This document shows positions 28,895-36,447 of a stretch of DNA of 64,000 nt, one piece after another (position 1 is the stretch's first letter; each line of letters starts with the position of its first letter). The notes beneath the pieces were generated by a model that did no database searches, was not told where the DNA came from, and saw nothing but the letters and a program-made list of their open reading frames with translations. The position numbers were made by a program, and so were the translations under genes. Origin of the DNA: Bacteroidota bacterium (lineage in GTDB: Bacteria; Bacteroidota; Bacteroidia; UKL13-3); the NCBI GenBank assembly GCA_046314755.1, contig JBKDBG010000002.1, forward strand, positions 14,765-78,764. Direction: 5' to 3'.

Positions 28895-29590
28895 TTATTT
28901 TACCAACATAAGTTTGGCAGGGGTGTTTACTCCATTGATACTTAAATAATAGTAATAAACGCCTTTTTCCAAATCACTTTTATCTTCTGCATAATTGGCA
29001 ATTCTTCCGCCAGCTTTTAACATATCATACGCCTGTAAATATTGCACCAACTCGCGGGTACGATATAAGAGAAGTTGACCCGCATCCAATCCAAATGAAT
29101 GTAGTCGTATTAAATTCAACACATCTGTATTCATATTTTCCAATGCGCTGTATGCTTCATCTTTTAAACGGTTAATTTCAGAAACTGGTAAAGGATTGCC
29201 GGAACCATCAACACCAACCAAAGCTATAAACGCTTTGTTTTTAGCGTGAGCGGCTAATGGATCGTATATTTTATCTTCTTGTTTTACTGATTCAGTAGGG
29301 TTGGGTTGAGTTGAATAATGTTCATATAGTTTATAATAATTACTATCTTTATCAGGATGTTTTATTTGCTCTATTAATTCGTTTATTCGTTTATTTGTCC
29401 CTGTAATTTTGTTTATGGCAAACTCAGAAATTTCGAACATGGTATATGGGGCGCCATAACTTCCATTGGGTTCTTTATACCTGTTTTTAGGCCGTTCTAT
29501 AGGTTGGGCATTTGCGGTTAAATGAATAAAAAATGCATAAGCTAAAAGCATTAATAGCGGCTTTGCGTGGGTTAGGTAAGTTGTTTTCAT
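28895..29590 (-). CDS. secreted protein of unknown function, paralogue A1 (full-length form)
   Basis: 231 aa with signal peptide ..HLTANAQP. It is about 60% identical by eye to A2 over residues 1-159. It has a unique 72-aa C-terminus ending LEKGVYYYYLSINGVNTPAKLMLVK. Confidence 0.7.
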   Translation of the reverse strand: MKTTYLTHAKPLLMLLAYAFFIHLTANAQPIERPKNRYKEPNGSYGAPYTMFEISEFAINKITGTNKRINELIEQIKHPDKDSNYYKLYEHYSTQPNPTESVKQEDKIYDPLAAHAKNKAFIALVGVDGSGNPLPVSEINRLKDEAYSALENMNTDVLNLIRLHSFGLDAGQLLLYRTRELVQYLQAYDMLKAGGRIANYAEDKSDLEKGVYYYYLSINGVNTPAKLMLVK

Positions 29591-30205
29591 TGTATTGCTA
29601 TTTATTGATTATAATAGATTTACCTGTGGTGTAGTTAACGCATTTTAAAATGCCATAATCCTTGTTTATTATTAAAGTATCCAGTTGTTGATTAATAAGA
29701 GTTGAATGGTTATAGTACCACTTATTACTAAGAAGTATTGAATCAAAATTTGAATTGAGGGATTTGAATGCATAATGAGTAAAGAAGAATGTAGATTTAT
29801 TACCGATAAAGGTGCAATAACCATTCATTGATTCAAGTTGTAGAAATATAGAATCGTTTTTAGTTTAGTTATAAAAAACATATTGTAAGACCTCATACTT
29901 TTCTGTTTGGTAAACATTGCAATCAGGATTAGGGTCGCGCTTCTTTACTTCACTAAATCTATGCTTTATCTCATTGGATAAAAACGAGATTGAAATATTG
30001 TTGTTGTCTGTAAATCGAATTGAATCAATATCTTTATATGGTATTAACGATTTTCTTGAATCATTAACATAGTAGTAACTTGTTCCCTCTTCGGGGCAAC
30101 TAGGCTCATCACTACAATTTGCAAAAACGAATGAAATAAAAAATAGTAAAACAATGGGTATAGTTTTCATGGTATGTGAGTTAAGTTGTTTTATGAAGAT
30201 AATAA
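29111..30205 (-). repeat. tandem duplication, copy II (B2 plus the N-terminal 159 codons of A1)
   Basis: Colinear with 30206..~31305 at an offset of ~1095 nt. See the findings for the junction evidence. Confidence 0.8.
29598..30170 (-). pseudogene. Cys-motif lipoprotein paralogue B2, interrupted by one in-frame TAA
   Basis: ORFs 29865..30170 and 29598..29828 are in the same frame, separated only by the TAA at 29865..29867. The total of 573 nt is exactly the length of B1. The translation is colinear with B1 across the stop (..YVFYN*TKNDSIFLQLESMNGYC vs ..FIYYNLLNSDSLFLQLERKNGTC). Confidence 0.8.
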
Positions 30206-30687
30206 AAATTCAACACATCTGTATTCATATTTTCCAATGCGCTGTATGCTTCATCTTTTAAACGGTTCATTGTTGCAGGTGGTAGGGGGACACCATCAGG
30301 ATCAACACCAACCAAAGCTATAAACGCTTTGTTTTTAGCGTGAGCGGCTAATGGATCGTAGTCGTTATCTTTCTTGGAAAAGGCGGTTGGGTTGGGGGTG
30401 TTGATATACTTCCAATAAATAAACTCATAATTATCATGAATATAACCACTTCCAGTTTCAATTAACTTCACTAAACTTTTTATTCTTTCCTTTACACCTG
30501 TTGATTTATCATTGTTATATTCAGAAATATCAAATAAAGTGTACGGAGCTCCGTAAGTTCCATTAGGCTCTTTGTATCTGTTTTTAGGCCTTTCTTTTGG
30601 CTGTGAAAATGCTGTGGAATAAGTGAGGATTTGGATGGCAAAAAATAAAAGAAATCTTTTTATTGAAGTTTGATTTAATAATTTCAT
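30181..30687 (-). CDS. secreted protein of unknown function, paralogue A2 (truncated at the duplication junction)
   Basis: 168 aa with signal peptide ..YSTAFSQP. It is colinear with A1 up to ..ENMNTDVLN. The last 8 codons (FYYLHKTT) and the stop are then read from DNA homologous to the region upstream of B1. Confidence 0.65.
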   Translation of the reverse strand: MKLLNQTSIKRFLLFFAIQILTYSTAFSQPKERPKNRYKEPNGTYGAPYTLFDISEYNNDKSTGVKERIKSLVKLIETGSGYIHDNYEFIYWKYINTPNPTAFSKKDNDYDPLAAHAKNKAFIALVGVDPDGVPLPPATMNRLKDEAYSALENMNTDVLNFYYLHKTT

Positions 30688-31305
30688 AGTTGCAGTATTA
30701 ATTTTTAATAGTGAGTTGCTTACCAGTGCTATAGTTAACGCTTTTTAAAATTCCATTTTCCTTGTTAATAACCAATGTATCAAATTGCTGATTGATTAAT
30801 GTTGAATGATTGTAAAACCACTTATTGTTTATTTGTATAGAATCATTTTTAGTAGTTCGATCTTTGATAACATATACGTCAAAATAAAAAATGCTTTCAT
30901 TTCCTATAAAAGTACATGTACCATTTTTACGCTCTAATTGTAGAAATAATGAATCTGAATTTAACAAGTTGTAATAGATAAATTCTAAAACTTCATAATG
31001 TAAAGTTGTATAAACGTTGCAATCTGGATTAGGGTCTCTTTTTTTAGAAATGCTAAAATATTTCCTAATACCCGAACCAACAAAGTTTAAAGCTTCATTG
31101 TTATTGGTATTGTAAGAAAGCTTTTCGTTTCCTAAATAGGGTATTCGGTTTCTTACTTCTTGTATGTTATATAAATATTCCTTACTGGCATCCGGGCAAC
31201 TAGGCTCATCACTACAATTTGCGAACAAAAATGGTATACTAAACAATATTATAATGCGGGTTAATCTCATGGTATAATGATTAATAATGGTTATATGAAG
31301 ATAGT
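30206..31305 (-). repeat. tandem duplication, copy I (B1 with its upstream ~35 nt, plus A2)
   Basis: Colinear with 29111..30205. The right boundary is approximate. Confidence 0.75.
30698..31270 (-). CDS. Cys-motif lipoprotein of unknown function, paralogue B1
   Basis: 190 aa. Lipobox LFANC followed by SDEPSCP, and a conserved KKRDPNPDCNVY. The stop lies 10 nt before the A2 start. Confidence 0.7.
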   Translation of the reverse strand: MRLTRIIILFSIPFLFANCSDEPSCPDASKEYLYNIQEVRNRIPYLGNEKLSYNTNNNEALNFVGSGIRKYFSISKKRDPNPDCNVYTTLHYEVLEFIYYNLLNSDSLFLQLERKNGTCTFIGNESIFYFDVYVIKDRTTKNDSIQINNKWFYNHSTLINQQFDTLVINKENGILKSVNYSTGKQLTIKN

Positions 31306-31347
31306 AAATAAATGCTGTTAATCAAATTTATTTTTCTAAGGGCATAT

Positions 31348-31983
31348 TTATTCGAAAATTCTTCGCCAAATAACGTTATCATACTTAAATAATAATAAGC
31401 CGAATTGTAAGTTATAAAATCCATATTCACTTTCAGTTTCAGCATCACCATATTGCACTGCATTTATTAAATTATTTCCTAATTGAATAACTGTGTCGGC
31501 ATCATTTTTTGCAATCACTAAATGTCGACTTCCAATTTGTGTTTCATTATTATCGTTTATATAGTACAATCGTAATGCTGTTGAAACTATTTCTGTTTGG
31601 GTTAGCCGAAACTTTAATCTAAGTCTTGTATGATTATGGTTCATTTTAGTATACACCAACTCAAAATATTCATAATAATCGTAAATCATACCAGGGCAAC
31701 CCGGGTTGCCATATTTTTTTTTAAATGTTTGGTCGAAAAAATTATTTACTTTGGTTAATACAAAAATGGCAGTATCAAATGTTTCGCTCACAAACGTTAA
31801 AGTATCAAATGGGTGTGCCAACATGCCGTTTTGTGAAGCTGTACTATCAGGAAAGTAATAATATGTTTTTTGATTAGTTGTATCTAAGCCTTCGCAAGGT
31901 TCATCAGGTTTACATGCACTAAAGTAGATACTCCATAACGAAACAAAAATTAAAAATAAGTAGCGTTTTAGGTTTGGGTTCAT
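31348..31983 (-). CDS. Cys-motif lipoprotein of unknown function, distant paralogue C
   Basis: 211 aa. Lipobox YFSAC followed by KPDEPCEG, and KKKYGNPGCPGMIYDYYEYFELVY aligning with the B-type KKRDPNPDCNVYTTLHYEVLEFIYY. Confidence 0.65.
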   Translation of the reverse strand: MNPNLKRYLFLIFVSLWSIYFSACKPDEPCEGLDTTNQKTYYYFPDSTASQNGMLAHPFDTLTFVSETFDTAIFVLTKVNNFFDQTFKKKYGNPGCPGMIYDYYEYFELVYTKMNHNHTRLRLKFRLTQTEIVSTALRLYYINDNNETQIGSRHLVIAKNDADTVIQLGNNLINAVQYGDAETESEYGFYNLQFGLLLFKYDNVIWRRIFE

Positions 31984-32083
31984 GGGTAATTAATTTCATA
32001 CAATTTATATTTTTTAATCAAATAAATCAGCGCGACTAATAGTATACTATAACTAAGCAACCAGGCTGTTGCTAAATGGAAAT

Positions 32084-32116
32084 AAAAAAGGCTTCACCGA
32101 ATGTGTAGTGAAGCCT
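32084..32116 (-). terminator. terminator after the LOG-family gene
   Basis: On the minus strand, GGCTTCAC-tacacattcg-GTGAAGCC is followed by TTTTTTATTT. Confidence 0.75.
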
Positions 32117-32136
32117 AATAGATTAATATAAAGTTG

Positions 32137-32904
32137 CTAAGCGGATTCCAAAAATTCGCCCAACCATTTTTTGGGTTTCATGCGTTTTGGTTTTTTCAAC
32201 CCAAACTTATCAATACCATATTTTTTTATGTGTGCAACGGCTTCATCAACTGAGTCGGTTATTAAAAGGTATTCTTTTATCTCTGCCGCAGAAACAGTTT
32301 GGTTGGCAATCATATCTTCGGTTAATTCAATTAAATTTTTCCAATATTCTTTGCCAAACAATACCACAGGAAACTCTTGTATTTTTCCGGTTTGTATTAA
32401 GGTTAAGGCTTCAAACATTTCATCCATAGTGCCCCAGCCGCCCGGCATAATTACAAAGGCATAAGAGTATTTTACCAATAAAGTTTTGCGTACAAAAAAG
32501 TATTTAAACTCCACCGAAGTTTGTACGTAAGGATTTTCTTTTTGTTCATGCGGTAAAATAATATTACACCCCACCGATTTTCCTCCGGCCTCAAACGCTC
32601 CACGGTTGGCTGCTTCCATAATTCCTGGTCCGCCACCGGTAATAATGGTAAACCCTAATTTGCTTATGGCTGCTCCCATTTCAACCGCCTTTTGGTAGTA
32701 AGGATGATCTTCTTTAAAACGTGCACTACCAAAAATGGTAACGCAGGGCCCCACAAAATGTAACTTTTGAAAGCCTTTGATAAACTCCCACAACACCTTA
32801 ATCACAAATTTAAATTCACGGGTACGTGATCGTGGTCCTTCCAAAAATCGCCTTTCGGAGTGCAATACTTTTTCTCTCAGTTTTTTAATGTTTTTTCCGG
32901 TCAT
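32137..32904 (-). CDS. LOG family (TIGR00730) nucleotide phosphoribohydrolase-like protein
   Basis: 255 aa with GGGPGIMEA and PGGWGTMDE, the LOG family signature motifs. Confidence 0.8.
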   Translation of the reverse strand: MTGKNIKKLREKVLHSERRFLEGPRSRTREFKFVIKVLWEFIKGFQKLHFVGPCVTIFGSARFKEDHPYYQKAVEMGAAISKLGFTIITGGGPGIMEAANRGAFEAGGKSVGCNIILPHEQKENPYVQTSVEFKYFFVRKTLLVKYSYAFVIMPGGWGTMDEMFEALTLIQTGKIQEFPVVLFGKEYWKNLIELTEDMIANQTVSAAEIKEYLLITDSVDEAVAHIKKYGIDKFGLKKPKRMKPKKWLGEFLESA

Positions 32905-32922
32905 AATTAATCATATAAACGT

Positions 32923-32955
32923 AAAAAAGACGCGAATGGTGTTCGCGTCTTTTTT
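32923..32955 (-). terminator. terminator after hppD
   Basis: AAAAAA-GACGCGAA-tggtg-TTCGCGTC-TTTTTT. Confidence 0.8.
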
Positions 32956-32977
32956 GGGAGTGTATTGAAAGTTTTAA

Positions 32978-34102
32978 TTATAAGTTTCCTCTGCGGTCTT
33001 GCTCACGTTCTAAGGCTTCAAACAAAGCTTTAAAATTTCCTTTGCCAAAACTTTTGGCCCCTTTACGTTGAATAATTTCAAAGAACATGGTTGGTCTGTC
33101 TTCAACAGGCTTGGTAAACAATTGCAATAAATAACCTTCATCATCACGGTCAACCAAAATACCTAATTCTTTTAATGGACCCAAGTCTTCCTCAATTGGT
33201 CCAACACGATCCAACAAATCATCATAATAACTTTTTGGCACTTGTAAAAACTCTACCCCACGAGCTTTTAAAGTTTTAACCGTGGCAACAATATCTTTGG
33301 TGGCAATGGCAATATGCTGCACGCCTTCACCTTCGTAAAAATCTAAATATTCTTCTACTTGCGATTTTTTCTTTCCTTCGGCCGGCTCATTAATCGGGAA
33401 TTTTACATAACCGTTTCCGTTGCTCATTACCTTACTCATTAAGGCTGAATATTCTGTGCTAATGTCATTATCATCAAACGAAAGAATATTTTTAAAGCCC
33501 ATTACATCCTCATAAAATTTTACCCAAGGATTCATTTGATTCCAACCTACATTACCCACGCAATGGTCAACATACAACAAACCGGCAGGCTCCGGATTGT
33601 ATTCACTTTTCCACGCTACAAAGCCCGGCATAAAAACACCGTTGTAGTTTTTGCGTTCAATAAACAAGTGTTCTACTTCGCCATACGTTTTAATACCGCT
33701 TATTTTTACTTCACCATCTTTATCGGTAAGTGTTTTGGGTTCAACAGTACCTACACCGCCTCTTGATGTTGTTTTTTCATAAGCATCATACGCATCATCA
33801 ACCCATAAGGCAAGATATTTCACACCATCACCATGCTTACGGTGATGCTCGGCAATTGGGCTATCACTGCGTAAAGGTGAGGTAAGAATTAAGCGCATTT
33901 TATTTTGAATGAGCACATACGAAGCCCTGTCTTTTAATCCGGTTTCAGGTCCGGCATAAGCCAAACTTTGAAAACCAAAAGCAGTTTTATAATAGTGAGC
34001 AGCTTGCTTGGCATTACCCACCCAAAGCTCAATAAAATCGGTTCCGTTTAGTGGAAGAAAATCTTGCATTGTTTCTTTTTTTGTGATATCAAGTGTTTCC
34101 AT
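32978..34102 (-). CDS. hppD: 4-hydroxyphenylpyruvate dioxygenase
   Basis: 374 aa, a two-barrel VOC fold. It has GVQHIAIAT and a C-terminal FFEIIQRKG..GFGKGNFKALFE, typical of HPPD. Confidence 0.9.
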   Translation of the reverse strand: METLDITKKETMQDFLPLNGTDFIELWVGNAKQAAHYYKTAFGFQSLAYAGPETGLKDRASYVLIQNKMRLILTSPLRSDSPIAEHHRKHGDGVKYLALWVDDAYDAYEKTTSRGGVGTVEPKTLTDKDGEVKISGIKTYGEVEHLFIERKNYNGVFMPGFVAWKSEYNPEPAGLLYVDHCVGNVGWNQMNPWVKFYEDVMGFKNILSFDDNDISTEYSALMSKVMSNGNGYVKFPINEPAEGKKKSQVEEYLDFYEGEGVQHIAIATKDIVATVKTLKARGVEFLQVPKSYYDDLLDRVGPIEEDLGPLKELGILVDRDDEGYLLQLFTKPVEDRPTMFFEIIQRKGAKSFGKGNFKALFEALEREQDRRGNL

Positions 34103-34119
34103 TATTGTAGTTTTCTTTG

Positions 34120-35277
34120 TTATTCAACCCACGATTTGTAATAGTGCGGGTCTTCCATATTCATTGCTTCTTGTGTAATTTGTAAAGGATAAAACGGATC
34201 AATCATTACGGCAAGTTCTTTGGTTTCTTTTTGCCCTATTGATTTTTCAACTGTACCCGGATGTGGTCCGTGTGGTATGCCTTTCGGGTGCAAACTAATC
34301 ATGCCACGCTCTACGTGTTTGCGGCTCATAAAATCACCATCAACATAATACAATACCTCATCACTATCAACATTGCTGTGGTTGTATGGTGCAGGTATGG
34401 ATTGCGGATGATAATCATACAAACGCGGCACAAATGAACAAATCACAAAATTATGCCCTTCAAAAGTTTGGTGTATGGGAGGCGGCATGTGCACACGGCC
34501 GGTTATTGGCTCGTAGTTGTGTATGCTAAATCCATATGGGTATTGATATCCATCCCAACCAATAGCATCAAAAGGATGCGTGGCATACACATAAGGATAA
34601 ATCATATCCTGCTTTTTAATCATTACTTTAAATTCACCATGCGCATCATGTGTTTCTTTTAGCACCGGCAGTTTAAGGTCACGTTCGCAATAGGGCGAGT
34701 GTTCTAAAAATTGACCGTAACTGTTTAAATAACGTTTAGGCGGACGAATAGGCGAGAAACTTTCCGTGATGAACAAACGGTTATTTTCATCATTAAAATG
34801 TATTTGATAAATAATGCCTCTTGGTATCACCAAATAATCACCGTATTCAAATTCAATTTCTCCGTATAAGGTTACTAATTTTCCGCTTCCTTCATGAATA
34901 AAAATTACTTCATCGGCATCGGCATTTTTAAAAAAGTAATCGGTGGTGCTTTTTTTAGGAGCAGCGCTTGATATATACACATCGCTATTAAAAAGTGTAT
35001 ACACCCTGCTTTTTAAATAATCATCAACAGGTGTTGTTTTAAACGTAAGAAAGCTGCGGTTTTGCAGATTTTTTTTAAGTGCGGCTTTTGGCGCAACATC
35101 ATACGGTTCTCCAATTTCTTTTACTAAAGTTGGTGGATGACAGTGGTAAACCAAACTGTAAATACTGCTAAAACCTTCGGTGCTAATTAGCTCCTCGGCA
35201 TAAAGCGAGCCATCGGGTTTTCTAAATTGAGTATGACGTTTGGCAGGGATTTTCCCTTGTTTATGATAAAAAGGCAT
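34120..35277 (-). CDS. hmgA: homogentisate 1,2-dioxygenase
   Basis: 385 aa. The cupin-type core and N-terminus resemble the short bacterial HmgA. It lies adjacent to hppD on the same strand. Confidence 0.85.
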   Translation of the reverse strand: MPFYHKQGKIPAKRHTQFRKPDGSLYAEELISTEGFSSIYSLVYHCHPPTLVKEIGEPYDVAPKAALKKNLQNRSFLTFKTTPVDDYLKSRVYTLFNSDVYISSAAPKKSTTDYFFKNADADEVIFIHEGSGKLVTLYGEIEFEYGDYLVIPRGIIYQIHFNDENNRLFITESFSPIRPPKRYLNSYGQFLEHSPYCERDLKLPVLKETHDAHGEFKVMIKKQDMIYPYVYATHPFDAIGWDGYQYPYGFSIHNYEPITGRVHMPPPIHQTFEGHNFVICSFVPRLYDYHPQSIPAPYNHSNVDSDEVLYYVDGDFMSRKHVERGMISLHPKGIPHGPHPGTVEKSIGQKETKELAVMIDPFYPLQITQEAMNMEDPHYYKSWVE

Positions 35278-35375
35278 ATGTAGGCAAATTTATTTTTTAG
35301 TCAATGCAATTAATTTTAGTTTTTTTGTGACTAATATAATTGAATCGCATCAAACAAAAGTATTTTAAATAATAA

Positions 35376-36380
35376 ATGAAAAAACTGATTTTTATCACGG
35401 CAATTGCGCTACAGTTGTGGGGTTGCGGCCAAAATAACAATACCGCAAGTAAAGCAGATGAACAAACTGAGGCTGCTCCATCAGCATCGGTGGCTCAAAT
35501 AAGTGCCGAAATAGAAAAAGCGCCAACCAATGCAGAGCTTTATTACAAACGTGCCGTTATTTATTTTGATGAATCAAAATTAGATATGGCCTTGGCAGAT
35601 ATTGATCAAGCCATTGGGTTAAGCGCTGAAAATCCGCTTTATCATTTTTTTAGAGGGAGAATTTTGTATGCCATGAATAAAACCATTGAAGCTTCAAAAT
35701 CCTATGAAAAAGCCATCACCCTTCGCCCTGATTTTACCGAGGCTCAATTAAAATTAGCCGAGTTGTATTATTTGGTGAAAGAGCACAAAAAATCGTTTGA
35801 TGTGTTAAATGCAGTGTTGGCAAATGATAAACAAAACACTGAAGCCTTGTTTTACCGAGGCATGAATTATAAAGAGGTTGGCGATACCAATGCGGCCATT
35901 GCAGCTTTTCAAAAAGCCTATGAATATGATGCACAACATTATGAGGCGGTGATGCAATTGGCCAATTTATTCTCGGTGTTGGAAAATAAATCTGCACTTG
36001 ATTATTACATTGCTGCAGCACGTTTACAACCCAAAAGTCCTGAGCCTCCATACGGTGCCGGTGTGTTTTTACAAAAGAAAAAACAGTACAAAAAAGCCAT
36101 TGTAATGTACGAGCAGGCTTTAAAAGCTGATGGTAAATTTTACCAAGCCTATTACAATGCCGGGTTAATAAACATGGAAATAAACAGGGTAAATGATGCT
36201 TTGAGTAATTTTAATACGGTGGTTCGTTTAGCGCCTGATTTTGCTGATGCATACTACATGCGAGGATTATGTTATGAAGTGTTGAAGAAGAAGGAAGATG
36301 CTAAATTGAATTACGAATATGCACTTGAAATTAACCCTGAACATCCATTGGCTAAACCGGCTTTGGCAGCCTTAAAATAA
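35376..36380 (+). CDS. TPR repeat lipoprotein
   Basis: 334 aa with lipobox QLWGC, followed by about 8 TPR units. Confidence 0.7.
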   Translation: MKKLIFITAIALQLWGCGQNNNTASKADEQTEAAPSASVAQISAEIEKAPTNAELYYKRAVIYFDESKLDMALADIDQAIGLSAENPLYHFFRGRILYAMNKTIEASKSYEKAITLRPDFTEAQLKLAELYYLVKEHKKSFDVLNAVLANDKQNTEALFYRGMNYKEVGDTNAAIAAFQKAYEYDAQHYEAVMQLANLFSVLENKSALDYYIAAARLQPKSPEPPYGAGVFLQKKKQYKKAIVMYEQALKADGKFYQAYYNAGLINMEINRVNDALSNFNTVVRLAPDFADAYYMRGLCYEVLKKKEDAKLNYEYALEINPEHPLAKPALAALK

Positions 36381-36447
36381 GCATTTGCCATAATCTGATA
36401 ATTCTTTTTCTTTTTTTACAATCTGCATTTTACCTTGCAGCACTTAT

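Noticed and set aside
29598-29828. 76-aa ORF treated as an independent gene.
   Set aside because: It is in frame with 29865..30170 and colinear with the C-terminal half of B1. It is therefore the distal part of a nonsense-interrupted paralogue.
31281-31463. 60-aa minus-strand ORF overlapping the 3' end of lipoprotein gene C.
   Set aside because: It is an out-of-frame overlap with a better-supported gene in very AT-rich sequence, with no motif support.
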